Assembly: GCA_951406725.2 (NCBI GenBank)
Contig: OX597817.1
Coordinates: 18,786,001 to 18,850,000, forward strand
Direction: 5' to 3'
Origin: Octopus vulgaris
Taxonomy: Eukaryota
DNA length: 64,000 nt
Part shown: piece after piece, positions 26,247-41,042 of the stretch
Layout: every line of letters begins with the position of its first letter
Numbering within the stretch: the first letter of the stretch is position 1
Notes under the pieces: generated by a model
The model's input: only the letters and a program-made list of their open reading frames with translations
What the model was told of the DNA's origin: nothing
Database searches by the model: none
Position numbers and translations under genes: made by a program

Positions 26247-26626
26247 GGAGGCGCAATGGCCCAGTGGTTAGGGCAGCGGACTCGCGGTCGTAGGATCGCG
26301 GTTTCGATTCCCAGACCGGGCATTGTGAGTGTTTATTGAGCGAAAACACCTAAAGCTTCACGAGGCTCCTACAGGGGGTGGTTCTGAACCCTGCTGTACT
26401 CTTTCACCACAACTTTCTCTCACTCTTTCTTCCTGTTTCTGTTGTACCTGTATTTCAAAGGGCCAGTCTTGTCATACTCTGTGTCACGCTGAATCTCCTC
26501 GAGAACTACGTTAAGGGTACACGTGTCTGTGGAGTGCTCAGCCACTTGCACGTTAATTCCACGAGCACGCTGTTCCGTTGATTGTATCAGCTGAGACCCT
26601 CATCGTCGTAAACGACGGAGTGTTCC
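26247..26626 (+). mobile_element. SINE S3, full length
   Basis: Same sequence family as 22282. 13-bp TSD tacatgtgacatt at 26234-26246 and 26627-26639. Confidence 0.95.
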
Positions 26627-29600
26627 TACATGTGACATTATTTAGTTTGTGTCTTATCAGATGAAATCGATTATAACCATCCTCGGTCTCACTGCAATAT
26701 AAGAAATGATAATTAATTTTGGAAGCTAGTATATGTGGAATTCACCTTGCAAAACTTTTACGTCTCAAGATTTAGGAAACTATGAAAATTTATGATCGAA
26801 AATTATTAAAGATAAGTAGAAAATCCAGCTCAAGTTCGTTATGAAAACATACATTTGGATGGAAATGTATTAAAATTCAAACATGAATCTAAATATAAAC
26901 TGCCTCATCAATTCTCTGACTTGACACACATGGTTTAAGAACAGAGCGGTTACACTTAATTCTCTTACAAGTTTGTAATTGCTGTTAAGGCAGGCACTGT
27001 GTCTTTGTATGGACAGTACAGCATAAGTGGTTGGGGAGAGTGTTACGATGATTAATTGCACATACTAAATGATTTACTATATCCTAATGGTTAATGTGAA
27101 AATCAATTACATTATAACGTGAAAACCAAATATGCTTTGAAGGCATTCGATGTTTTATCCGAACACCGAAACTTGCTTGGATATAGTTTTCTAAAAATTC
27201 AACATTATGTGGATTCTAATTTTACAAGAAATCTGATCATAATTTCCTTACATCATATTTCGCTATTGGGCGATATTGTTTACAGTGCCGGAACTCCAAA
27301 TACTGTCGTTGGGATTTCACATTGTATGTATGAGCATGTTCCGGTTTGTAAGTCATGTGATGTGTAGCAAATATAAGGGAAACGTTTCCGGAAGTGACAA
27401 ATACAATCCCACCACTCTTTTTGAATAATCTACGTGTTGAATTAAAAGTTTAACATAACTTAAATATATGAATATAATAACATTTTATACTACATTTCTG
27501 GAACTTTAAAATATGTTCTATATATTTCCTAATCCTGCTTAACAGATCAAATAAATAATAATAAAACTCATCATTTCCAATATAGTCACCTCATTGTCAA
27601 ATATTTCCATATTTAATATTTCATTTCGTTTTTGGATTTGGTTTATTTCATTGATATTTTAAAACTTTCTCTCTATCTTTTATTTTCCTCAATATGTGTG
27701 CTTCGAAGTCTTACTCAAGAGATTCCCTTCAGTCGTTTAAATGCGTGCCCTAGTCTACTACGGTTTCCCTTTTATAGTATTCATGTGTTAGCGTCCACAT
27801 CTCACAATTATTCTTTTCCTGATCACCACTACTTTTCAGAAATTTTTCAGTACCTTTCAAAACAAGCAGTTTTGTGTCGCATTGATTTATTCGAAAAAGA
27901 AAAATAGCAGAGATTCTATGTTTAGCAATATTCAATCACTATAAAATATAGTAAATCCAATGAAAGTATTTGCTCCGGGGAGCCATAACCTTTTAGACCA
28001 ACGAAAGAGAATCTTTTAAAAGGAAAACTTGTCGCTTGTTGCCGGAGCGATAAGCAATACTATTTGCTACTTTCTGTTTTTCGTTTTTATTCCCCAACCT
28101 CTTACATTTTTAACTCAAGAGAGTTAATCTTTAGCGATGCTTTGCAATGTATAACTATAATACCATCTTCTTGTCAGGAGCTTCTTAAAAGATAACAAAA
28201 ATACAGTAATGAAAAATGAAAAGAGATGCCAAGAAAGTAGCAAGCCAAGAAATCTAAATAAAGAAATAAAACAATCTCTCGTAATGTCGGTTGCTATTTT
28301 TCTTCTAAATGCATTGACATTGTTCCTTTTCGTAAAAGCTTCACTTCAGAAGAAGCCATATGATCTCTTGACATTCTGATACCATATTTTGTATAAGTCC
28401 CCTCAGGTTTTAAGATCATACGCTGTTTAGAATAAAATTTTTCTTATGATAATTCCCATAGAACTAAGTGCAAAAAGGAAAAAAACAAACAAGTTAAATA
28501 TTAATAAAATAAAGTTAAATCATGTCAAAATTGAAATGATATTTCTTAAACATTTGCACAGCAGGTAAACATTTCTAATATGCAGTGCATTGAAGTACAG
28601 TGCAATAACAGCAAAAATCGATTGGTAAGAAATAATTGCAGAACTTTCACCCTGGAAAGATTACATTAACTATTTGAGCGCAATGAATACTTCTCTGTTT
28701 CAAATAGAAAAATGAATATTCAACTTCGACACGAATAAATCATTACAATATAAAACAACAAAGAAATAACCAAATTGTACGTTTATAATCAGTCGTGTTT
28801 TCATCAGTTGTTATCTGATATTATCTGTGTTTTATCCTTGTTATGTAATTTTATTTGTAACTTATTTTCTTAACACACTGGTGGATTCTATTAAATTATA
28901 TGGCCAGTTACTAATTATTTCATTTTTTATTTATATGTAACAATATTTAACTGGAGGTGTAATGTCTGATATAACATTTTCAACACGTTTAGAAATTATT
29001 TCCATTGGTTATCAAATTAAACTGCTACCATAGTTTCATATTTATACTATTCCTTCAAACCGAGAGTATTCATACAATTACATAATTAATTTATGTAAGT
29101 GATTTTAAAATTTAATTTCTAATAAACAGTTTAAATTCATTGCCACTAATATTTAACATATCGATGCTTCAAAACGATCACACTTACACACACACACACA
29201 CACACGCACACACACACACACATACATACACACAAACACACACACACACACATTAAATTTCGTTTACTCTTCTCTCAGGTATTTCTCCTAAAGGTTCCCG
29301 TGACACAATTAATCACAGAGGCAATATGTTGTTTCTGCTTCATTTGTAATAATAACGTCCAACTGTGACAACATTTGAAAGAGAAAAGAACAATAAACTA
29401 AAAATACATACGGGTTTCCGATTGTAAAACTCATGTTGTATGCGATAACTTTCAGGTGAATGGATAACAAGTAACTCTGCACTTCATATGTCAAACAGCC
29501 TTTCGTTGCTTTGCCAACTCTCCCTTGACAATGAGGCATATTTACTGCGTGTAAAAAAAATTACTCACCTCGTGATATATATAAAGATTCACAAATTCTT

Positions 29601-30485
29601 GAGGTTTTTAACTAAAAATTCAGAGAATATATTTCATAGTAATATTTGTGTGTGAAAACTAGAATGCACTCATACACAGTTTGGTGCTACTGCACGGATT
29701 GTATGGATCAATTAATTGCAGAATATTGTCATTCTCTGCACTCCAACGCTATTTCCAGTTCATATTTTGATAATATAATATTTCATAAACTTAAGCATTT
29801 TTTCCGCTGTTCTTCTAGGAAATGATTTACAAAATATAATGCAAATTCTTCAATGAAGACTGTGGTAATACATCTTAAAAAAGTACATCAAATTAGAATT
29901 CTCTGCAATGTCGATGTTCATGCCCACTTATAATTAGAAAAAAAAAAACCCAACATAAACAGAAAGCAAAACAATACAATTATTCTGCTTGCCAGAAACG
30001 AGGGATTCTTCTATATTTTTTGCCACATTGCAAAACTGCATTTAACTGTATTGATGGATTGATGGAAGGGATGTATTTTGCTCAATAAACCCTTTATGCG
30101 TTATAACTTCTTCTACAAATTGTATACTTACTTTCTTCCCCAGCTATGTTAATACCCTGTCTGGTATAAGTTTTAGAACCTTATAAGATGCCAAAACAAA
30201 GTGTCATGAGATGAATTCTTAGAGTGCTTAGTTCATGCCTTTTAGCAGAACATAAATCGGTCTTATTTACGTAAAAAAAGAAATATTGTTTGGTTGGGAA
30301 TTAAAGAAGTGGGCTATTCAAACGAAGATTGCATCCAATCGTTTGGTAATTTGTTATGGCAACTAATGCATAATGCCTATTAAATCTTGCTATTCACAGC
30401 AATGAAACCGAATGTTACATATATCTCACAGTATATACGAGTTCAAATAGTTTTGAGCTTATTACTGCAACTAATCAACTGTTTT

Positions 30486-33300
30486 TTTTTTTTCTGTTTC
30501 TTTTGTAGTTTCAGCTCGAGAGTTGTGGCCATACTGGGTCACCATCATTAGCTTTGCTACACTTTCACTACTTGAATTTTCTTCTAGTTTGTAGTATTCG
30601 GTGAATGATGGAGTTTGATGTTGCTGCCTTCATCCGCGTTTCTTGCTACACGTTAGATTCAACCGGAACTCTTGACTGGAGGAGATCCAGTTTTGTTATG
30701 AAAACACTCCATGTAGAGCTCTGAGGCATATGTGACAGGGGGACGTTGAGCTGATGGCCATTGAAATTCAAGCTATTTCAGCATCTGGCTCTGCATCCTG
30801 ATGGTAATGTAATGATTTTTGGTACTATACATTGGCGACCCGTTCTGTTTCTTGTGTAACTTCCAATGCTAAAGTTTGGTACACGTTCTTCTAGGAATTT
30901 CCAGATGTATCACTGCATATCTTTCCTGCTTCCGTTCTAAGAAGTAGAGTTTCAACATTTTCAGTCTCCCTCAGTAGCTGACATGTCGCATTAAGACAAT
31001 CTTAGTTGTGTAGCTTCACTGGATTGCTTCGAGTTCTGTCGTTAATTTTACTCTGTGTGCTAACCATAGTTGGGAGGAGCGGTAGTCTAAACGGCAGAAG
31101 ATAGATGTTCTCCTGAGCTCCATATTAGTTTCCTGTACTCTCGTTCTGGAAAACTTTAAGTAACGATCCGTCCAACCGTTTTATTCTGTTGCCAACTTAG
31201 TAATATGCATCATTACTCATGTTAATGATGAGATCGCACACTGATTTTGATTCAGAGATTGTTGTCCCTACTGGGCCAGTTTATCCTCTCTGCATTCCCC
31301 TCAGCTTTGTGTGTTGGTAACGCACGACTTGGAAGTTTCCAGCATTAAACTGCATGTTAGAGTCCTCAGCCCTTCTGTATATTGCATTGAACTGTTGTAT
31401 GTGCACAACATTTCCAGCGTTATGTACCCTCTAAAAGAGGATAGCTATATAGCTTGCAAGTGTGGCTATTTGAGCGGCTGAGAACATTTCTAAGAGGCCA
31501 CTATGAATAGTAGTGGTCCCAAGAAAGTGCCTGTGTGAAACTACTCATTATTAGCGTTTTCTTAGAGGTAGCCACGTTGGCTAGTACTAATTTCTATTGT
31601 AATGTAGCCACTCTCCAAGTTTTCCGATTATGACGAGATTACACAACCTGTGACATATCGTACCATGATAGACCTCATCAAGTTCTTTTGCAAAGTTGAG
31701 ATATATCACGTTCATATTTGAGTGGTTGAGCAGCTGCTTTAACACCCGGTGGTAGTGCTGCAAGAGCAGTGCCAGGCAGCTTCTTCCTGGTCGAAAACCG
31801 TGCTGGGTGTCAGTCAGCAAAGTTCTATTCAAAGAATGCAATTAATTTCATTCGGATTATTCATTCTATGACTTCGCTGATGTTTGAGGTCAGAGAGATA
31901 GGCCTAAAACTTTTAGCATCTGCTCTGCTTCCTCTTTTGTGAATAGGACATATTATTTCTTCCATTAATTTGTCTGAGAACTTACCACTTGCAAAACCGT
32001 ACCAGAAATGAACCTGAATTGGTTTTGCAAGGGCTCGAGAAGGATTGCTGGCAATCCATTGCGGCCAGAGGTTGAGTGTGCGACTAAATCATCTTCGGTC
32101 AGTATTACATCCTCCTCTTTTATGTTGAAGTAATCAATTGTTACTGCGTACCATTTTACTTCTGTGGTGTTAAAGAATTTTACAAGTTTGCTGACTTGCA
32201 TGTGCCATAAGTGTAAGTTGAAGTCACCTTTGAATTGTTCGTACACTTATCCTTATTGGGCTTCCCTGGGGGTACCGTAGCATGTTTTAGAAGGAGTAGC
32301 CCTACCCTAAAACACACGGAAGCAGTTTCTTTGACATACGTAAAGAAGGATTTGGGGTTTGCTTTTATATAATTTATAACCTTGACTTATTGCTGCTCTT
32401 TGTTTTTTTGTGGAAGCATTTAAAATTGTTCTCAGTCCCTGTAGTGTTGCTCCCAGGCGGAATTTTCATTGTCATCAAGTTCTCTGTTTAGGTGGTTTGC
32501 GATATTTGTGCACTGTCTCATAAGAACTTTCCTCTCCCTAGGAATCTTATTCTCATGTGCAGTAGCATTTCTCTCTAGGACAATCTTGTAATATATGCCT
32601 TGCATTACGGAGATGAATGATTTAAATTCCATGTCGGTGTCAGGTGTAAAAAGACATTAAAGTCAATCCTGCTTGATGACCTCTTTCTAAATTGACTTCC
32701 AGTCTGCTTTATGGAAGTTTAGATTTGATGGATATAGGGCGTTTCTCATAGGTGGATGTATGCTGACTCCTTTGATCCATACATGCTCAGCTGTATTATA
32801 CTGTGATCCGCGACTTACGTTGGTGACATTTTCAGATTACGGAAAACATCCCATATTGTTTGTGAGACAATGATAAAATATATCGTTTGCCCTGGGTGGA
32901 CGGAGTATTATTTGCTCAATGTATAACGTGTTGGTGAAGTTGAGCAGGGATTCCACCTGTCGTTGTCCATATGGCGTCATTCTTGAGAGGAAAAGACCCT
33001 CAGACCCCTTACGTTGAATAAGTTGAAGTCTCACATGAGAAGTACATAATGTGCAACTCTAGTTGGATAGGATTTCTATTTTTGCAAGGCAGTCTTCGGA
33101 TAGGCCTGTATGATTTGGTGCATCTGGTGGGTGATAAGTAGTACATATAGCTATAACGAGTTGTATCATATGTACAATTAGTGTGTCACACAAAGAGCTT
33201 GAGTGTGAGAAATTGATCTACGGTGTGAGGTCTTCACGACTGTAAATTGCAACTCCAGCATGTCTCCTGTCTTTTCTGTCACTTCGCAATATACCATAAT
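30486..33300 (-). mobile_element. CR1-group LINE, decayed ORF2 (endonuclease plus RT)
   Basis: ORF 31587-31841 has QHGFRPGRSCL...VIYLNFAKELDEVYHG...GKLGEWL (RT motifs). Other fragments (SGRNGLPAILL, EQIILRPPRANDI) are collinear. A-rich tail at ~30482-30494. Confidence 0.8.
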
Positions 33301-34013
33301 TCGGTACGTGTGTTTCTGCATCTGCGATGTCGCGTTGTTTAACTTTTTTATTATCCATAACATTTTACAGGAATAAATAGTTAAATTTTTGTTATTTGAC
33401 CCTAAACATTTTGTGGTGTTATCAGTCCGAATATTCTTGAGGCACGTTCAAACCGGTGAACAAGCTACACACTGCGTTTTGTCACGGAAAATATTACCCG
33501 TTTGTTGACAAATGACGTGTATACCCACAAATCAGCTCGCAGCACCACCTACCCACACCGTGAGACGCAAGCATTTCGGAGCAGTTATCCCCACTTCAGT
33601 CACGGGCATCAAGCAGGCGGCGCTGCGAGCTGATTGAAGAGATTAATTCTCGTATGCTTATCTAGTTGCCTTGTTGAAAATGGAAGGGGAGTTCCAGAAA
33701 AAATACTAAATAAATTTCACCAAGTTTGATAAATAAATTAGAACTAACGTCAATTTGATAATGACAAATAAAAAGATCTTGTTAATAAACGCCAAAAATT
33801 AATAATCGTATTGTTGTTGCTTCAGGACAGCTGAATCAAAGTTTTATTCAATATTAATGGGAACTTGCGTAAGATTGATAACATGTTTTTAGATTTCCAA
33901 CACCTTTAGTGTGTTTTCAGAATTAACTTACACCCTGGTGTATTTAAAACACTGCAACCACTCTCGTGCTCTCAGCTCAGATGCAGTTATGATCCAATTA
34001 CTTGGCGACACAA

Positions 34014-34412
34014 TAAGGCGGCGAGCAGGCAGAAACGTTAGCACGTCGGGCGAAATGCTAAGCGACATTTCGTCTGCCGTTTCGTTCTGAGTTCAAATTC
34101 CGCCGAGATCGACTTTGCCTTTCATCTTTTCGGGGTCGATAAATTAAGTACCAGTTACGCACTGGGGTCGATATAATCGACTTAATCCGTTTGTCTGTCG
34201 TTGTTTGTCCTCCCTGTGTTTAGCCCATTGTGGGTAATAAAGAAATAGGTATTTCGTCTACCACTACGTTCTGAGTTCAAATTCCGCCGAGGTCGACTTT
34301 GCCTTTCATCCTTTCGGGGTCGAAAAATTAAGTACCAGTTGCGTACTGGGGTCGATATAATCGACTGCCTCCCTCCTCAAAATTTTCAGGCCTTGTGCCT
34401 AGAATAGAAAAG
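34014..34412 (+). mobile_element. SINE S1, full length, internally dimeric
   Basis: Head aaggcggcgagc.ggcagaaacgttagcacg. The block atttcgtct...cgttctgagttcaaattccgccgag...gtcgatataatcgact occurs twice (~34067 and ~34251). Degenerate TSD tacttggcgacacaa / taattggagacacaa. Confidence 0.9.
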
Positions 34413-35419
34413 TAATTGGAGACACAACTCCTCAGCATTTTAACTGTAGCAACAGCCATTTTTGCGAGTACTTCGTGCTTGGGGTGACTACTCAACTGAA
34501 TAAACTCTACACTCTTCATTAACGTAATTTAAAATATTTCTCTGGTTCATGGAATGATTATTCTAATATGTTTCAATCGCATCAACCTAAACTTTATCCT
34601 CCAAAAGAGCTGTGTATTGACATATATAATTTTACGGTCGCAAATCAAACAATTTTTTCAACCACGTTTATGAGGTTAAACACTGGAAAAAATAAACCTG
34701 GATAAAAAATGATTCGAGATTGCATTTCGAATCCTAATTTTCGCATCTAGTTCTTCATGATAGTCAGACCACCGAAGTGGCTGGTATATTGAAATAACTT
34801 TGTGATATATCTTTAAATTCATTACTTGATTGTAATTTTATTGTTATGACGATCTGTTTAGTAATATTGGTGAGTTAAATCCAAATTGTGTGCTTAGAGT
34901 TAGCTTAAATCACGTATTGAAACCATGATTAGAGTTTGAGTATATGATATTAAATTTGCAGAGAATTGTCATGCATTTCCCTTGAGTAAAATAAACTTTA
35001 ATCACGCTTCACTTATTTCTATTACTGAACACATTTAACGAGACACTAATTGCAAGATTAAATTGCCTCTTATTTCATCCAATTTATTACAATACGAGTA
35101 ATTCTGTGTGAGTTTTAATAAGCTGATCTCATCGAATAGATTAAGTTGCGTTTAAGTCAATAGATTCCTATATCTAATTATATCCCTAATGAAAATTTTG
35201 ATTTAATGAAAGAACAGCTAAGATACATACATTCTCATTGCTGATTATACATTGTAAATATTCTGAATAAGATGTTTAAAACTTTTATGAGTGTGCTATC
35301 GATATAGAATATGACGATTCCTCATATGACTTACTAGATATATGTCTGCCACCTTTTCAGAATTTCGCTGCAGTCTCGTAACCAGTTCTTTGGAGTAGTT
35401 CATAATAACTGGGGATATG

Positions 35420-35492
<73 letters not shown>
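35420..35492. repeat. (CTA)n(CTG)n microsatellite
   Basis: Direct reading. Confidence 0.95.
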
Positions 35493-35529
35493 AACAGAGC
35501 CTCAAGACTGCTCCAGAACCTGACACATG

Positions 35530-35745
35530 TGTTCCTCACTGCCTGTTTAGGAAGGTAAGGTCATCGAACACATACTTGATCTTCGATACTAGCTTGGCCT
35601 TGGTGTTGCAGGCAGAGCAGTTTGTCCTTCTCATTCGCACCCCACACATTGTAATCTATGTGATTACAAACTGGGTGCAACAACAGGCGCTCAGAAACTG
35701 GTGCTGGTGAAGTCGTGGAAATTCTCCGACAGCCACTTCTAACTA
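35530..35745 (-). mobile_element. Tc1/mariner (maT-like) transposase fragment
   Basis: Minus-strand peptide CNHIDYNVWGANE resembles NPLDYxVWG of maT transposases. Confidence 0.55.
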
Positions 35746-35789
35746 TTTCCGGAGATATGGCGGGTAGCCGAATATTACTGTTACACATA

Positions 35790-36975
35790 TAGCTTCTAGA
35801 AGCAGCCCTTTTAAACTTAGTTTTGAGCACAGTCTCTGGCAGCTTCACTTATCCATTCAACCGATAGAAGAAGGCGTCTCGGGGTACCCCAATCTCCGTG
35901 ATTTCCCTGAAACCTCAAGAGCAAGTGCTCGCTCCAATTTCTTCTCCCCGACTCACAGGTCTACACTTAGAGTGGTACCATTCATTCTTGCCATTGTCGC
36001 TACTTTCACCCGCCTTTCAATAAACTCATTCGAGGACATTATATCCCTCTCCACTCTCAATTTCTTTCACAAGTGAAACTTGAAGAAGTCAATGAGAGCT
36101 GTACCAAAAGCAGTGTATCTGTCCTCATGCCTTTCAGCCTTGGTCACCAAACAACTTCTTCCGCCACAGCCACCAGGCAAAGAAAAACTGTGTTGCCTGA
36201 CCATTAAAGGGGGGTGGTAGTGCGATCATCACTACATTCTCGGTCGACAGCAGCTTTCGATATAACCCCACAAGTCAGCGATGCTAGGACACTGAACAAG
36301 GGCGTGCAGAATCGTTTCGTCACACTGCGCGCTCCTCGGACAAACCCGTCTGACAGCACAGCCTGTAGAGTTCATCTCGAACCGGTGCACCCCCCCCCCC
36401 CGTGACACTGTCAGGCCAAGGGCATCTGGAAATTATCCCTGATAGTTCCCGACCGGGAAGTCCTGCGGAACAGACTAGACAATTCGTTCTCGTCGACACC
36501 CGAAGCCTCTCCAAGAACATCGTCGCACTTCACCACTAATCCGCTATACATTTCTAAAGCAGAACGTCCACCGATCTCATTACCCGTCTGGTAGAGGGTT
36601 GTGAGCGACTGACAATGTCCTAGGTGTCAGACGCCCAGTCTTCGTCTTTTCTTAACCCAGGACTGCAGGTCTGTCAAGGAGACGAGCTGTGGAAAGACGA
36701 GCCTCACAAACGGAGTCCACACACGCTCACCGTCCAGAAATCGTTGCAGGTGGGGCAACATAAGAGTATGTCTACGCATTAGGAGCCACGACATACCTAA
36801 TCCGCCACTCAGAGGATGCTGGCAAGAGACTGACCGCTTGACCAGTGGAACACGAAGAATTTAAATATGAGACGATGCAACCTGGTCAAGTAATAACTGG
36901 TACAAGGCACGCCGGGAGGCGATAAATGATAACGGAGCTGTGCAATGGTATCATGCTGCCTTTCCAGGAGCCCAA
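35790..36975 (-). mobile_element. L1/Tx1-clade LINE, ORF2 3' half
   Basis: Minus strand VKRSVSCQHPLSGGLGMSWLLMRRH (PxxxGGLG motif) and CPRSAQCDETILHALVQCP (zf-RVT-like). Confidence 0.75.
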
Positions 36976-37289
36976 CCGCAAAATTTTTTAAAGTTTTAAG
37001 TATGTTTTTGTATCAGTTTTTATCAGTTGTCATGGGGAGTTCTCGGCAAAAGTTCGTCGAACCCTACACATTTTGCACGAATATTTCTATTTCTCCCTAC
37101 TTCCTATAACAGCTTGCTGTTGCTTTTGCGAAAAACTGTGAAGGTGATGAGTCGTTCGATTTCTCTAGTAAGTTGTAAGAGTTGTTCTTGTGATTGTTGT
37201 TTCTCTTCGTGTATTTGTTTCAATTTGGTGCTTTTTTTTTTAGTTGTGGTTGTGCTTAAATGAGCGTGCATTGCTTTTGTTGCTGGGAT

Positions 37290-37850
37290 TTGAGTGAGTA
37301 TGTTTGAGTGAGTATTTGAGTGTTGTTGTTAGTGTAGCTGATGGATTAGGCGAATTTTCTGCGTCCTGTTTTTTCGCTTTCAGCTTAGGACTGAACTATT
37401 TTCCATGAACTATTTTTCCGCTTTTCCTCAACATAAATTCTTCTTGGGGGATTCAATTTCTTCTCGTCACATGATAGGTCACCAGTGTCGGGAGTAGATG
37501 CTGTATCTGTGTCGCCTGTCTGTAGGGTTAGTTTCTTCTGCTACAGTTGTTGATGCCATTGTGGTAGTGGTGGAATTCTGTTGTTGAAGTTGTTGCTTTA
37601 ATTGCTGTTTTTAACGACTATTCCTGCATTGAGTGTTGTTGCAGCCTTTAGCCTTCTTGTGGGGATAGTGGTAAAAGAGCCGCCGTTCCTCGAGCTTCAT
37701 TTTGTTGTTTTTTGTGGGCAGAGGGTCTTCAAATGTGTGTTAGACCCACAAGTCTGGCACTAATTTTCTCGCAAGAACTCACAATATTTATCAACATACA
37801 TCCACGATATTTTCTATTTCCTTTGAATTGGATCATAGAGAAATCGTTGT
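37290..37850 (-). mobile_element. LINE ORF1/gag-like remnant with CCHC zinc knuckle
   Basis: Minus strand CQTCGSNTHLKTLCP (C-x2-C-x4-H-x4-C) at ~37715-37760, upstream of and co-oriented with the Tx1-like ORF2. Confidence 0.6.
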
Positions 37851-38775
37851 GATTATTTCAAGTGTTATCAGATAGAACTATTTAAATTTTTTTTTGTGTG
37901 TGTATAAATAGAAAAAAACATCCGTGGGCTTAGCAACGCACAAATAATTTACATTGATCCTACAGTACACCTCTGTGACGGATTGTGAGCAAAAAGTACT
38001 GCTATGATTAAGTTCTTTTCGTCGCATGTTCCATATTTAGGGTCTCTTTCGTCTACACATTTTGCCTTTCATCGTTTCGATGACAACGAGCACCGGCGTC
38101 GATGTAATCGACTACTAGCTTCCCATGAAATTTCAGGTCTTGTACTTATAGATGAAAGCATTATCTCTTACCATACTTTTTCTGTCAAAGTAAGCGCATG
38201 CGTAGTGTTGTTGTCTTGTTGCTGTCAAACCTATCGTTAGCCAAGCCATGTTTATTTTTATTGGAATTTAATATCTTGTTTTCCTTATTACTCACATTTG
38301 TTTCTATATGTGTTCATAGATATTTATGGATACATTAATAATTTATTAAACCCTTATGCTTATATGGTAACTGTTTTTTTTTAATACTTAGAGGCAGTTT
38401 CTGGATGATAATAATAATAATAAGCAACAAATGAGCCCTGAAAAAAAAAGGAAACTTAATTCTTTGAGTTCCTCTTCAAATCATTGCGAATTATCTGAAC
38501 AAGATCTTAATACGTTTGAACGATATCAGCAAATAATAATAATAATAATAATAATGATGATGATGATGATGATGATAATAATGATGATAATAATATCAGT
38601 AACAATCTTCTTCTTCTATTTCTTCTTCTAATTATTATTATTATTTATGGGTTTTTCTTCTTTCCCCAGAAGAAAAAAAAAACCATAGATAATAATAATA
38701 ATTAGAAGAAGAAATAGAAGAAGAAGATTGTTACTGCTATTATTATTATTATTATTATTATCATCATCATCATAA

Positions 38776-38821
<46 letters not shown>

Positions 38822-40308
38822 TTTTATTATAACAAGAAGAGAAAGAAGGAGTAGAAGAGGAAGAAGAAAAATGTGTCAATTCAAACAAAACTAACTTAAT
38901 TCCAACGCCATTTAAAATCAGTTCAGCTGCATCCATGGATAAATCAATAACCAACAAAGCACGGCTGTTCGAGTCATGATGTATTATGACGGTTGTAGCT
39001 TGAATTTAATGTGATTTAAATCCAAAGAAAAAAAAACGTAACATGTAGTCTTCTTTGAACGTTAACTATCTCATTTATACTGTCCAAAATAAAACAAAAT
39101 TAAAACTCTTTTAATTTTGGACTAAGAACACTACGTATATGTGTTACATTGCTATTACATATCAACATTACATCCAACACTATGAAAGAAGTGTATGAGT
39201 TGTGGAGGAAAGCAAACGCAGAAATGGGAAAAAAATACGAATAGGACTATTTACGAATGTAAAAAAAAATGTATTAAACAATATATAGAAGCTCAAGTAT
39301 TGAACTGGAATGGAGAAGCATATAGAAAGAATACAGGTGGAATATATAAAACGTAGTACACATGAGAAAGATTATCTACCGCAAACCAAATGCGAGCTCT
39401 CATCAAATGCACCGCGTATAAATCATAAAGAACTCCGTAAAATAAAAAGAAAGCAGCAGAAACGACCACATATACAATAAATATGCCCTGACCCCCCACC
39501 CCCGAAAATGTAACAGTAAACATAGAAAAACGATTGAAAATGCTACAGAACAAAGACATACAACAAGGATGGCATAAATGCAAAACAAAAACAGTCACAA
39601 GAAACGGACTAAAATTCAAAGTGTTGATGAAGTTCAAAGTGGTCCCAATGCAAACATTCAACTAAATACACAGCAACAATAGAACTATATACATGACACT
39701 TTATTTAAGAATAAACAGAATAAAAATATACGCCATAACAGATGAAGAGTATTTGACAGAGGTTCTATTATTACAATAAAGAAACAATAAGGAACCTAGA
39801 AGAAAACAGAATATTCAATGTATATCGAGTAATGTAAATAATTGTTTGACTTACACATCCTCTAAAAAGTAAATCTATATAAGAGGTCCTTGCTTGAAAC
39901 TGAATGCGCTATCGAATTGAAAGAGAGGTATCTCTCTTAACCAAGAAAAGAACCCAACTAATTAAAATGTCTATTAATAAAAAGAAATTCTGGAAGCAAA
40001 AGAAAAACAAATACTTAGACATGTCATATCAATAAAAGCATACGACGTAGGGGTTAATTTGGGGGTTAATTTGCAGAAGAATTTTGAGCGTGCCTTCCAG
40101 TTGTGGGTTGTGGAAAAGATTAGCTCTGCGTAAAATAGCAGTACAAATTTGCAGTTACTTAAGCCATGCCATTAGTGTATAGTAAACAATTTTGCAACTA
40201 AAGCGTGGGAGTGAATTATCAAAACTCATGGCATCCCTATTAGAAGAACAATGTTCTATGAGAATTCTGTTCATGTACTACACTTTACCATGACATTAAT
40301 ATCTTTAA

Positions 40309-40613
40309 CTAGCAGTATGGCTCGGCGTTGCTCGGATTTGTAAGGGAAATAACTATATAAGCATTTTTAGGGAGTTACTTCCCTTATATAAACCGAGCAA
40401 AAAATGCATTAAAAATGCTGAAAAATGATGGTAATTTTTTTTTTAAATCGTAGACTCATCGTAGACGCGCGCTAATACCCAGAAGGGCTCGATATGAATT
40501 TCGACTATAAGATACCCGCTTTTGGTTAAACTGCACTGCAACATGTGGGAGTAGTTAGGAATCTACATCGGAGTAGACAGACACACACACAACTTCAGTT
40601 TTATATATAAAGA
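40309..40613 (-). mobile_element. Complete non-autonomous Helitron (305 bp)
   Basis: Minus strand begins A|TCTTTATATATAAAA and ends ccgagcaacgccgagccatactgCTAG|T. This gives TC/CTAG termini, an A|T target and a subterminal GC-rich hairpin remnant. Confidence 0.85.
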
Positions 40614-40788
40614 TTAACATGTTGAACCAGGCCAGACTTAAATACAAATACTGCATCAAAGAACGAGAAAGACTGTCACACGCTGGGCATGAATTTAGTT
40701 CAAGGGTTGATGTGAAGTTGCACTAAAGCAATCGTGGTAGGGTAAAAATCAATAATAATCCAGTTCTATATTTAATAGATGACGAATT

Positions 40789-40925
40789 ATGTACATTATT
40801 TACATTTCACGGATATTTGTCCTCGTCTTGTTTGTTGTTAATACAACGTTTCGCTTTGATATACCCTCCAGCCTTCATCAGGTGTCTTGGGGAAATTTCG
40901 AACTTGGGTTCTCATTCCTAAAGTA
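40789..40925 (-). mobile_element. Short repeat family B with hammerhead-like motif (40840-40886)
   Basis: Minus strand reads GACAC-CUGAUGA-A-GGCUG-...-UCAAAGC-GAAAC-GUU-GUAUU. Inverted copy of 41701-41837. Confidence 0.75.
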
Positions 40926-40961
40926 TTGTTCTATGTTGTTGTTGTTGTTATTATAATAATA

Positions 40962-41041
<80 letters not shown>

Positions 41042-41042
<1 letters not shown>

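Noticed and set aside
24660-27400. Non-repetitive AT-rich stretch that might be another decayed gene
   Set aside because: I could not find ordered, family-diagnostic motifs by eye.
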